From: Tubulanus polymorphus
Lineage: Eukaryota; Animalia; Nemertea
Length of the DNA stretch: 64,000 nucleotides
Direction: 5' to 3'
Assembly (NCBI RefSeq): GCF_964204645.1
Contig: NC_134030.1
Coordinates: 9,451,222-9,515,221 of the forward strand
Position numbers and translations under genes: made by a program. The notes under the pieces are model-generated. The model made no database searches, had not been told where the DNA came from, and was given only the letters and a program-made list of their open reading frames with translations. Positions 26,701-39,800 of this stretch are shown here, piece by piece; position 1 is the stretch's first letter, and each line of letters opens with the position of its first letter.

Positions 26701-28629
26701 GTCGGAGATCTAAGCGCGCCATTGGCTTTCTTCATCATTTTTTTCAGATCATCAAAGGAGATCAGCGACGATGCGAGGCACCGGGCACGATCTACACAAT
26801 TTTCATACAATCAACGAAAAATGATGCGTGGACGAATATCGTCCATTATTACAAAATTTCCGGCCTGGAGCCTTTGACGAAATATCGAGTGAAAATCGGT
26901 ATCAAGAATAAAGGAAATGTTAACTTTGTCTTCGGCAAAATTCGTGAATTCATGACAGGATCGGCAGGTATTTCTTTTACATTACAGTATGTTAGTACTT
27001 GATATAGCTTATAACTAAGGCGTCATCATTCTTCTACGCTGATGCAGTTACCCATTTAACGGCGACAAATACATCACTCGGTCTGAACGCTTCCTGGAAG
27101 ACCCCCGTTCAACTTCGACATCTACAATTCAACTTCACTGGAGAGTATCGAATGATAAGCCGGTTAGCGTGCCCGAAACAGAGGTCGAGTGAGAAAACAC
27201 GAGGATGCCCATTCCCAACCGATATCAACGAATTAGAACTAGTCGAACTGCAGAGCTACGCCTATTACGAGGTGATAATTACTCCTGTTTCGCTTAACGA
27301 CAAATCCAAAATGGAACGAGAATCAGTTGCATTAAATGTTACTACAAAACAGTCAGGTAATTGAGTTCACGTTCGGTTGGAAATCAACACATTTTACATC
27401 ATGATGTCACACGACTACATTACTTTTTCTAGCTCCGACTGGTACCCCTAGACCAGCCGAGATACGACCACAATTCGTGAGCTTATCGACAATCAAGGAG
27501 ACAACTTTGGCACATGTCATTTTTTACGAAATATCGTGCGAATCGAGAAATGGAAACTTCATCGGTTTCCACTTCAAACTATACGAAAAAAACTCCGGTG
27601 AATTAATACGGGAAAATGTCACGACGAAAAATGATTATTATATTGAACATTTGGAGCCGTTTACGACCTATTCGCTAAGCTACACCTGGACGAACGAAGC
27701 CGGTGAAAGTCCGCAATCCGATGCCACCGAATTCAAAACAGACGAAACTAGTAGGTCACATATATTTCATCAAGATACAATATATCATAAATTTACCAAC
27801 TTTTCTATTTAGTGAAAAGTAGTTTTCATGAGCAATATATGAGGTAATTCCCTAAGAAAATATCTGATGCTATCTGAAATAGATTTTTAGCAGAAAATGT
27901 ATTGCTCGAGGTCAATACCCGAGATAGGGGAAAGAATCGAAATTCATCATGGCGTTTATGTAAGTCGGACGGTAGACTAATATTTTCGAATAAAGGTTTT
28001 GAATTCTAAATCCCATTTTGACCAGTTCTGCTCGATTTCTGCTCGCACTAACAAAATGATACTAACTGACAAAATGATACTATGTACTTGTGTACTATTT
28101 TCAGCATTATTGGAAGTACAGATGAAAATAAACCCTGTTGATCGTAATGAACACAATTTGGACTTCACCGTCGATTTTACGTTCGAGAAAATCCGCGGAG
28201 AAGTTCTAAACTATGCCTTACAGTGCGGAGAGACGACCGGTGATGGCGTCAAACCGAAAAGACCCAGTCGTTCGTATTGGAGTATCGATAAAGATCCGAA
28301 GAATCTACCTTTCAAAGTTTACAATTTGAAGGCCGCGACGTGGTACGGATGTAGGGTATGTCAGCTTTCTAGAACTCAAAACAAAGGTTTATATAAGCAC
28401 GTTGCAGATGTAATAGGTCATGTATGTTGTTAAAATGCTTCGCTGTTATTTGATTCAACACTCACTCCGATCACTACCATAATGATTTACTCGCACATAA
28501 ACATATTTATTCTAGGGAAGTGCTTTGAGTAAGAAAGGATGGGGACCGTCAACGTCTTACGTCTACGTCTTGACAAAAGATCGAATTTCATCCGGAGCCA
28601 CGCGTGGACAATGGGAGAGCAGCAAATAG
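23782..28629 (+). CDS. Array copy 3: secreted EGF-like/FTP/EGF-like/5xFN3 protein, 12 exons, ~839 aa (15-aa C-terminal extension)
   Basis: Exons 23782-23860, 24040-24237, 25045-25260, 25377-25595, 25761-25907, 26062-26421, 26512-26600, 26748-26967, 27048-27356, 27433-27750, 28105-28355, 28516-28629 (TAG). Total 2520 nt. CGA at 28582 where copies 2, 4 and 5 have TGA. Confidence 0.87.
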
Positions 28630-28997
28630 ATCTGCCACTTAACATTAGCATATTGTCGATACTGAAAATTCATATGTAAAACTCTATTCTAAAACGTGCA
28701 AATACAGTACACTTCTTTTCATGTTTAAATAAATATCATCATTATAAATGAATACACTTATACAGCCGTTATTGATAATCAAGTAATTCAAATGTTTTCT
28801 AAATAGATTCCACCGTAATACGCTTACTTATTTGCGATCAATTTGTAATTGGTTGGTACGGTGCTTAATTTGTTTAGGCGGCGCGCTATCGTCGCCTATT
28901 TAGGGCAAACAATGTTTTTGTCGTTAATTCTATCATTATCCGGCTAAACTTGTCGACTACTGAGTTGAGTTACGCATTGTAAAAACCTCCAAGCAAG

Positions 28998-31900
28998 ATG
29001 TGGGGACAGTATCTGTGCGGTCTCCTTGCGTTAGCGGCTGCGCTCAATGCAGTACAACACGCTGAAGGTAGGCCTATGTATCGGTTAGATTTCAGTCTAT
29101 TGTAGTGAATAACATCGATTATTTCAAGTACTTTCATCCAATTTTTTTGTGGGATTGATCAAGCATTCTAACCTCGATTGAGTGCAGGAACCTATTTTCA
29201 TTGTCAACTTGCTGGTCTAACCAGAATTGGCCATATCCGAGGCCATTCAATAGATCTCTAACCGAAGAAGCCCAATTAATTACACGGTGATCGCGTATGA
29301 TATCATTTATCATATGCGTATGATAGCATTTGATTGTACATCAGCTTAGTTAGTTTCTCAGGTTTCATTTTAATTATATTAAGCCAGTATTTCACAATTA
29401 ACATTCTTTGCTGGATACATATGGGATATTGATCAATTTCACTAAATACAAAATTATCAGGTGTTGAGTTTTTAACTCCCAGGAGGTATTTATAAAATTT
29501 GAGAGGGATTCTCTCCAGTTTTCTTTGTTCCTTGAAACCCCATATTTGTTAGCCATAAGTTAAAACAGGTACTATAAGGCTGTTAAAGAATTTGATGGCT
29601 AGCCTGGGTGTAACTCTTGGATACTGAAGAAGGTATTTTATAAAATTATAGTATGCTGATACTCCCCGAGACGCCAGACTGTTGATAGTTACATTATGTC
29701 TTCCATTGAAATTGAATTCCATACCTAAGTATGTAAAACAATTAACACTTTCTATTAACTTTTTCATCGATCTTCCAGACAAAGTTTCTTACATTGACTG
29801 CTTTTCTAAAGACGACAATTTTCGTTTTTCCATAATTAATTCCGATATGCATTACATGACTGTAATTAGAAATATTATCAAGGGCACATTGAAGTCCCTC
29901 TGGAGTCTCGGCGAGTATAACCGTATCATCAGCATATAACAGTAATAAGAGTTCGAATGTACCTAAGTAGATTTCATCATAATCAGTGCTTTTAACATGT
30001 TCTTCCATATCATTGATAAAAAGATTAAAAAGAAGAGGGGATAAACACTCTCCCTGTCTTACTCCAATGTTACATACAAAATACTCAGTGAAATTGTTAT
30101 ACTGCTTTACGCACGATTTCGTCGTTCTATACATGGAGTGTATTATTCTAAGGATTTTACCAGATATACCATTACTATGGAGTTGGTTCATCAAAATTGA
30201 CTGATCAACCAAGTCAAAAGCTTTAAAAAAATCTAGGAAAGCAGCATAGACTTTGTTACCCTTACTAATAAAAGGATTTATAACTGAATTTAGGACAAAT
30301 ATTTGATATATGGTGCTGTATGAAGGACTAAAACCTGCTTGCGATTCTGTGAGAACTGAAAAAGCCTCACACCAGGAAGTTAATCTTGTATTTAATATGG
30401 TTGAGAACAACTTTCCAAAAACAGACAGTATAGTAATGCCTCTAAAGTTATTCGCATTAGAAGTGGGCCCCTTCTTATGAACTGGTACTATGTATCCCAT
30501 ACTCCAACTTTCAGGATATATGCCACTCTCAAAAATCAAATTAAATAGAATAGTTTAGAGGTTTTTGAAATGATTAAATAAGCTGTTTGAATCAGGTAGT
30601 TTACATTCAGGCGTAGAACCTTTAAATTTTGTCCACAGATCTCTATGATTATTGTTGTCATTAAATCATTGGTACCGCCGACCAGTTAAATAAGTCGACG
30701 GTTCTCGAATCGTCGGCATCGTCGACCAATAAAGACGGTTGCCTAGGTCAAACTACAAAATAACACCTTTTTCAAAAAATTAGTGAAATTACTTGACGCA
30801 CTATAATATGACCGTATATTGGACTTGACCCAGTGCCACATGATTCCTGCAGATTTGATTCCATTTGATTCTTTGTGAATTGTGTTGATTCATACATATG
30901 ATCTTATCTAGACGATTAAGACGGACAGCTAAAATGTGATCTATATTGATTGTTTTTAATTCGGTTTATGAATGCATCGGTTGGTCATATTTTAGGGACC
31001 TGTTTCGGAAGCAGTTGCCCCGGTTGGTCGTGCCATTGCGTTTCGGGTACTGCTTCCCGAAATGCGAAAAAGGTGTGCCCTTCTTCAACGGCCGGACGTC
31101 TTAAATGCCCGGCGTCGGCACCGTATTGCGAGAAGAGGGCAAATAGTTACCGACATTGGGAATGGAAAGGACCCGGCTGTCAAATAGGTAAGTAGAGTTC
31201 CACTTAACCAGGGGCCAGTTTCTCAAGCGCTGGTTCCAAAAGAGAACCAATGAATACATACCAAGGTTGTCATTATGCCAGATATCCACGGGATAAACCA
31301 TCTTTTGAGCAACTGGCTATACAGAAAGCCTTCATATTAGATGACGATTGCATTCCAACGAATGCCTTATTTTGCTATTGGCAGATAGTAGAATAGCGAA
31401 TAAAGAATGATTTAAATGCATTATTTCCGGGGGTAACTACGACCAGTACTATAAGAGTATTTGATGATGGACGCGGTTACTGCACATAAATATCTGTTAT
31501 TGTTAATAGAAATATAAACTAGCAACATTTATTTGCTGTCTGCCGTAGTAATAATGTGTATAATGAGTTGGCCAATTATGATACGTGAAACGTAAACATT
31601 CTAGATGAATACTGAATGTTGGGAGGTTTCTTGCGGAAAAGATCTAGAATATTTTATTCGACGACTCATTTTAGAATCTTGGAAAAAGGCTGAACAATCG
31701 ACGAGAAAAGAGAAACGTTGCACCAAATGTGACTTTAGAAAGAAATATGATGGAGAAAGATCATTTCTAAAAATGTTTTCGCCTTAAATCCACGAGGGAA
31801 TGATAAGGTCACGCCAAAAAATACTTTTTTTTGGAAAAAAATACTTTCGACCATCGAATGAAGCGAAATTGTAAAGAAACAATGCGGCGACGAAAGTCAA

Positions 31901-34900
31901 GGTTACATCCTAAACGTCGAATATATTTTTAATAAGATTCAGTACATACCGACTCATCGATTGCATAATAGGCAAACAGACTTTCATTTTTTCGTAAAAG
32001 GTTTTGATTTTTGTATTCTCTTTTCGTCGTTGCGTAACGTAGGTAACGTGGCTGAATCGAAGCAGGCGAGAATGTCCTCAAGTGGGGGTACTTACAATTC
32101 ACAGATATACTGCTTTGATGGCGCAGTATCAAGCAGTAGGTACTGCGAAACGCGTAAGCAAACCAATCCTTGGATCATCGTCGATCTTGGCGCTAAATAC
32201 GTCGTGCAAGCGGTGGATTTGTACTATTCGACAAGAAGTTCAAGCGCCTATTGTTACAGTTCTCAAAGTAAGTTTTCAGGTGAATAAGTAGTGCATACTA
32301 AGAATAAAGCAACAAATTGGAATGAAATTGGTTTGATTGACATTTGGCATTGAGCCAGTTGCAATGGGATCGGCCGTTCCTTACTGATTCGCAATCGAGA
32401 CGTAAAGGATGACATTAGGATAGGTTATGTTTTCTTCTTATTCACTCATAACTCTGACGCTTGCTGGACCCCGTGCCGCAGTTGTCGGTTAGGTTACTGT
32501 TAAATTATTGATGTGTAAATGAGGGCAATTCCAAAACGCAAAGGAAGAAAATCATTGAATTTTCCAAAAAAATAATTTACGCAAAAAGGGTAAGCTTGCT
32601 TTGGTGATGCCTATATATCAATGTCGTACATATTACTTGTTTAGGTTTTCGACATGGATTAGGTTTCCCTAATTTCGAATATGAATTGCTTATGGTGAAA
32701 CCTCTTTTTCAGGGAAGCTGAAGTGGCGTTTGTTGCAGAGCCGAGTCGGTGATGGTAACCATTACCATAATCCATTATGCACGAATTTCACCGATGTCGG
32801 GTACGGCTGCGGTAACCACGTGTTAAAACAATGCGACGAATCGTTGATAGGGCGGTATGTTTCCGTGCAATTGATGGGTTATAAAAGATTAAGACTTACA
32901 GAGATTGTGGTCATCGGATTCAAGTATATAGGTATATGTTCGTTGTCTTCATCGTCGAAATGCCATTCCGTGTATTTTGTGGTTTGTATTATTGCGCTGT
33001 GTGATGGCTCTGTACTCATAACATCCCAATAGTCGAAGTGTGAGCATGTATCTTTTACGCGTTAGCGGCAATAGGTCTCTAGATTGCAGAATACGTGATA
33101 AAAAACAACGATTCAGTGTCAGGATACATCTCACGTCTTTTTCAGATCCGAATGAGTGCACGTATCCAGGCTCGTACGGTTGCATGGTGGAAGCTCAGTG
33201 CAATGTAAAAGTCCCCAATAGAGTCGACTATTCGACCGGTTACTGTCATAATGGCTGTAATGCGAACTATATCGGCAAATACTGTGAAAAAGGTTAGCGT
33301 TGTCTCATCCTGCCTGCAAGGATTTGGAATTTTCTCCTAGATCTGGAACTCTAGGTGCAAATGACAGTGCACCCGGTTTACTATATGAGCAGGTTTTGTT
33401 ACCTCCTTAATATCGACGCCTCGAACTTTGGATCCCTTCTTTATTGAATGAACATCGTTTACCTCACACCAAAATAACTCAATCTATTCATCTCTCATCG
33501 TTATACTTTTACAGAATTCAAATTGACGTATACTATGAAATTGGTTAGCCAGCTCCATAGCGTCATCGTCAAAATAACAAACCCACGATTACCGAATGGT
33601 AAAACAGATTCAGGAAAGGGTTCTATACGTGTGGGATATCGCGTCCTTTACAGAAAAGTCGGCGATAAAGACTGGATCGTCGGAGGTACTGAACCACCAG
33701 CAAAACCGAGAGGCAGTAGATACGTCATGGCTTCGAGGCGAGATATAGTTATTTCAGGTCTTGCTGAAAACACCTATTACGAATTCGCCGCGAAGGCCTG
33801 GAAAATCGACGCTAATCTAAATTCGACGTTGGACGCTCGGAAATCATACGCATTTACGTTATGTTACGGTAATTCCCTCTATACTGTTAATGCATATTTC
33901 GTTTGGCATATAAAAATTCAACGCACTATATTCGTTTTTATGAATAGAGCCACTAGTTGGTCCGGATGTCACCAGCTTGCGACAACAGCGAGATGTCGAC
34001 TCGTCGTTGTATAACGTTTACGTAGAATACGTGGTAAATAGAAATCACAATTCAAAATGAGACATCTAGTTTGAGAACCTATAAACCTTAAACGGATTCG
34101 TTGATGGTGGTAATCTGCAAAGATAACACGTTTCTTTACGTATCCGAGCATATCCACTAAGCAAACCCATTGTCCTGGAATCTGCAACGAAAAGAATAAC
34201 CCGGAAGTTATCTGCGATTGGCTGCGCAATGCCACAAATCAGAGCACGTATACATGCAGCAGCACTCACTGACAAGGGGGCGCTAGCTGACGACCTGGTT
34301 GTCGCAGCGTAAATACTGTTATGTTCCGTTCCGATGCTAAACCTGCTTATATTATATATGCGAGTCAGAGCTAACGGTTGTGATTTACTTCCTTCGACGT
34401 GTCTTTTCAGACGATCAAAGCAGATCAGCGACGTTGCAACGCACCGGGCACGATTTACAGACTTTTTATTCGATCAACGACAAATGAAACGTGGACGAAT
34501 GTCGGCCAGAATTACAAAATTTCCGGCCTGGAGCCTTTGACGAAATATCGACTGAAAATCGGTATCAAGAATAAAGGAAATGCTTACTTCATCTTCGGCA
34601 AAATTCACGAATTCTTGACCGGATCAGCAGGTGTTGTTTTTTTTTAAATATTAGGTTCAGTTGATTATCAAAATCGATCAATTCTATGGTAGAAAGTTGC
34701 TTTTTGTAACACGGAACATTTTCAATTTTCATTATTTATATTAGATAATACGATTTTTTTATTTTCTCTCGACTCGCCTTAACGGCGCTGTTGCAGTTAC
34801 CCACTTGACGGCGACAAATACACCATTCGGTCTGAACGTTACCTGGAAGACTCCCGTTCAACTTCGACATCTACAGTTCAACTTTACTGGGAAATATCGG

Positions 34901-36271
34901 TTAATAAACAGGGCAGCGTGTCCGAAACAGAGGTCGAGGGAAGAAACTCAAGGATGTCCATTCCCAACCGATATCAACGAATTAGAACTAGTAGAACTGA
35001 GGAGCTACGCCTATTACGAGGTCACAATTACTCCTGTTTCGCTGAACGACAAATCTAAAGTGGAACGAGAATCAGTTGCATTAAATGTAACCACAGAACA
35101 GTCAGGTAACTGAGTTCACGTTTGGTCAAAATCGGCACATTTTACATCAAAATGTAACACGACTATTTTCCAGCTCCGACTGGTACTCCTAGACCACCCG
35201 TGGTTTGGCCACAAGATGTGGGCTTATCGACGATCAAGGAGACAACTTGGGTACAGATACGTTTCAACGAAATCTCGTGCGATTTGAAAAATGGAAACTT
35301 CATCGGTTTCCACTACAAACTCTACGAGAAAAACTCCGGTGAATTAGTAGACGAAAATGTGACAGTGCAGAGTTCACGTTATTACATTGAACATTTGAAG
35401 CCGTTTACGACATATTTGCTGAGCTACACCTGGACGAACGAAGCCGGTGAAAGTCCGCAATCTAATAGCACCGAATTCAAAACAGACGAAACTAGTAGGT
35501 CACATATATTTCATCGACACAATATTGATTATCATTTTTGCTTAACGCGCATTATGTTTTCCCATTCAATAGCATGTTATTTACATAAGAATCGAGTTCC
35601 TTGTTGATAGGAAAATGTCTGAGGCTATCAAAAAATGTTTTGGCAGGGAATGTCATGCATAAGATTCACCCCGGACATAGAGGAAACATCTATCGCATCA
35701 AATAGAAATTCTGAGATTAAAATTTAATTTCGATCAGATCTACTCAATCTCTATAGACCTCACAGCTTATATGATATAATTTTTACTATTTTCAGCTTTA
35801 TTGGAAGTAAAGATGAAAATAAACCCCGTTGATCGTAATGAGGACAATTTGGACTTCACCGTCGATTTTACGCTCAACCAAATCCGCGGAGAAGTTCTAA
35901 ACTATGCCTTACAGTGCGGAGAGACGACCGGTGACGGCGTCAAACCGAAAAGACCCAGTCGTTCATATTGGAAAATCGATAAAGATCCGAAGAATCTACC
36001 TTTCAAAGTTTACAATTTGAAGCCCGCGACGTGGTACGGATGTAGGGTAAGTCAGCATTGTAGCACCCGAAACCTAGGTATATATAAGTACGTTTGGCTG
36101 GGAGATGTAATAGGTCAGATATGTTGTTGAAATGCTTCACTATTGTTTCATTCAACGCTCACTCCGGTCAGATTTACTCAACCACGTATTCATTTCTTCT
36201 AGGGAAGTGCTTTGAGTAAGAAAGGCTGGGGTCCATCCACTGCTTACATCTACGTCTTGACCGATGATTGA
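28998..36271 (+). CDS. Array copy 4: secreted EGF-like/FTP/EGF-like/5xFN3 protein, 12 exons, ~820 aa
   Basis: Exons 28998-29067 (MWGQYLCGLLALAAALNAVQHAE), 30996-31187, 32043-32267, 32713-32931, 33146-33292, 33515-33868, 33948-34033, 34411-34630, 34797-35105, 35174-35494, 35796-36046, 36203-36271 (TGA). Total 2463 nt. Confidence 0.87.
29150..30650 (-). mobile_element. Degraded non-LTR retrotransposon reverse-transcriptase fragment (RTE/RTEX-like), antisense in intron 1 of copy 4
   Basis: PVHKKG...NFRGITILSVFGKLF, QAGF, AFLDFFKAFD, GVRQGECLSPLLF, LYADD, KTK, FTYLG. Frameshift near 29780 and an in-frame stop at 29549-29551. Degenerate coding continues (IWGF..LLGVKNSTP..KYWL..WASSVRDLL). Boundaries are approximate and the clade call is tentative. 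Confidence 0.9.
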
Positions 36272-36851
36272 AGTTCATCTAAGGCCAGTGGACAAGAGAG
36301 GAGCAGCAAATAGACCCAACATTAAAATATTTCGAAAAATCTCTCATGTAAATCTCTATATCGACTTTGTTCAACGCATAGATACAAGTACTTCATTTTA
36401 TCTTGAAACAAATATCGTAATGATATAATAAACATATACAGTCAGTCGGTTAAGTTACTAATGATAATTTACAAATTTTTCCAAACGATCCCACCGTAAT
36501 ACGCTATTTTCTAGTCTGATTTTCTTTTACTTTTCGTGCATTAATGAAGAACGATACTTTAGATCGAAGAGGGAAAGATAGAAGGAAAAACGTATTTCAC
36601 ATCAGCCGACAGATCTATGTCTTACGTTTATTACGGCAATCGCTCCACGCCGTAATGAATGGCTAACAATTTTGCTTTAGAATAAAGGCCCTTTGACGAA
36701 AACGATCGTAATTTGTAATTTGTTGATGCCACGTTTAATACGTTCTATACGCGAGCTGTCTGGTAAGCGCAAACAATTTTGTTTCCCGTCAATTATGCGG
36801 GTAAATTAGGCAGTCTGCTGAGTTAGGTTATCGTGTAAGTTTCGAGGCAAG

Positions 36852-39800
36852 ATGTGGGTAGAATATCTGTGCGGTCTCCTTGCGGTTGCGGCTGCGCTTA
36901 ATACATTACAACACGCTGAAGGTAGGCATCAGTTAGATTTCAGTTTATGTATGGTAGTAAATAATATTGAATATTAGTAGTTTGATACCGATTTTTTTAG
37001 GGGAATGATAGCAATGATGCATCGATAAACTTACTATGATGTGTAAAGGCGTTGAATGTTTTGAATTCGGTTAATAAATTGATTCGTTGGTCATATTACA
37101 GGGACATGTTTCGGTAGCAGTTGCCCTGGTTGGTCGTGCCATTGCGTTTCCGATGACCGGAATGCAAAAATCGTCTGTCCTTCTTCATCAGCCGGACGTC
37201 TTAAATGCCCGTCGTCAGCACCGCACTGCGAGAAGAGGATCGATAGTTACAAAAACTGGGAATGGAAAGGACCTGGCTGTCAAATAGGCAAGTACAATAA
37301 AGAAGTTTCCAGTTTCTAGGCGCCATTTTGTGGCGGTCCCTCGAGGTCCCCATTGTTGCGATAATTTGCGCTCATTTTTAAAACATAAGTTTTTATTGAA
37401 TATCATATAGCTCTGCAGTCCCTTGCTTGATTAACTTTATTAATACACCATTTTGAAGGAATTGAAATGCATGTATTTTCCGGTGATTATTGGATTTTTT
37501 GAACGCAACAATTGAGAGCAGTGACGATTTGAAACCAAGGACCGCATTTTTAAACCGCGCTTCGAAAAATTGCGATTTTTATCAATTTTGAAATATCTTA
37601 GTGGTTATTAAAGCTATATTTCCCATTAGCGGAATAAAAGATATACAGTATGATAGACATCTGGTATGAATTTGGTGCTTTTGGAAGAATTTGAACCAAA
37701 AACCTCAAAATATTCCCTTAGACTATACAGTCTAAATGTCGAATATGTTTTTAATATTTCCGTACATGTCGACAACGATAACACGTTAGCAGACTTTCAA
37801 TCTCAATTTGTTCTAATCTTTCATATAGAAGACAGTTCTTTTTTAACATTTCATTTTTATCGGTACGTGACGTGTGTAGGTAACGTGGCCGAATCGAAGC
37901 AGGCGAGAATGTCCTCTTATAGTTCACAGAGATACTGCTTTGATGGCGCTGTCTCAGGAAGGTACTGCGAAACTCGCAGGGAACACAATCCTTGGATTAT
38001 CGTTGATCTTGGTGCTAAACACGTAGTGCAGGCGGTGGATTTGTACTATTCGACAAGATATTCAAATGGCTATTGTTCCAGTTATAGAAGTAAGTTTTCA
38101 CGTGAATTAGCGAATTATTGATACAGCGAAGCAATTGAATTAATTTGAAATTTGGCATTGACCCACAGTGTTGCACAGTGGTCAGTTGTTGTGGTTCCTA
38201 TCGTAGTAGTCCCTATTGTTTCAAAGTCGAGGCGTAGGATGACACCAGGCTAGCTGGATGGACCCAGTGCCACACAGTTCTCAGCTTCAGGTTTGACTCG
38301 TAGCTTGGAGTTACTCAAAGATCCTAGAGACAACATTTGTTCATTTCCACCAATGTTTTAACGCTTGAGTCAAATTCTACCCATTAAATTCTTGACGCGC
38401 AAATGAGAGCGCTAGATAGCTAAGATGCCTCAACGAGAAAAAAACGTCGGATTTTCTAAAGAGAAATTCATTAAACATCCTTTTGCATCAATGAGGGAAC
38501 TCTGTTTTGGCGGGGTGTGAAAATGTCAATGCTAATACGAGTTAATGACCTTTCGTTTCATGTGTAGCTCATATTTGAAAACTCTTTTTCAGGAGGGCTC
38601 AAGTGGAGTTTGTTACAGAGCCGAGTCGGTGATGGCAACGATTTACATAATCCAATATGCACGAATTTCACCGATGTCGTGTACGGGTGCGGTAACCACG
38701 TGTTTAAACAATGCGACGAATCGTTGATAGGGCGGTTTGTTTCCGTGCAAATAATGGCTTATGAGAGATTAAAACTAGCTGAGATTGTGGTAATCGGATT
38801 CAAGTATATAGGTACATTCGTTGCTTTCGATATTGTTATATTGAATTCTATAACATATTGATATATGCTTTCGGATTCAGGTATATAGGTACATTCGTTG
38901 CTTTCGATATTGTTATATTGAATTCTATAACATATTGATATATGCTTTCAATTATGTATCTATAAAAATTCGTTCTTCATTGTTATAATTTCCATGTAGA
39001 TAAAGAAAATTAGCGTTAATCATTAATCGTGTAGCCTGGGATTTGTATTATGTTCTCTACCCATAAAATACAAAAAATATTACGATGAAAACCATCATTC
39101 GGGATCACGATATATCAATTTTTCAGATCCGAATGAGTGTACGTATCCTGGTTCGATCGGTTGTATGACTGAAGCTCAGTGCAATATAAACGTCCCCAAT
39201 AGAGTCGATTATTTGACCGGTTACTGTCATGGCGGCTGCAACGCGAACTATATCGGCAAATACTGTGACAAAGGTCAGTCGTGTGTTACCCTGTGTGCAA
39301 GGATTCGAACTTCTTTGCTGGAGCTGGAAGTCCAGATACAAATTAATGGCTGTCTGTGTAGCGGCATAGCGCTCATGGCCAAGGACCGTGAGGGGATGGT
39401 CGACGATAGAAATCTCTTGAAATTTTGAGAAGAATTTGGTGGATTTTTACGACGTTGAACAGTGAATTCCGTGAAATAAATCATAAATAATCCACCAAAT
39501 CAATACCGCAATCACAGATCATTTCGCATGAGAAAATATTACTTCTTATTCGCCTGAATTGAAAAAATTCACTTAGGATTTTTTGGGGTAGACATTTTAA
39601 GGGAGCTCCAGATTTAGGAGGAGGGGGTCTGGACGCCCTTGGACCCCCTAAATCCGCGACCGGATTTTACTTTAGCAAGCAGCGTTTCATACCTTAGCAT
39701 CGACGCCATGAACTTCGAAATTCCTACAATTGAATGAACATCGTTAAATTAACCAAGATATCCGAACCTACCAATTTTTTGGTATATTTCAGAATTCAGA

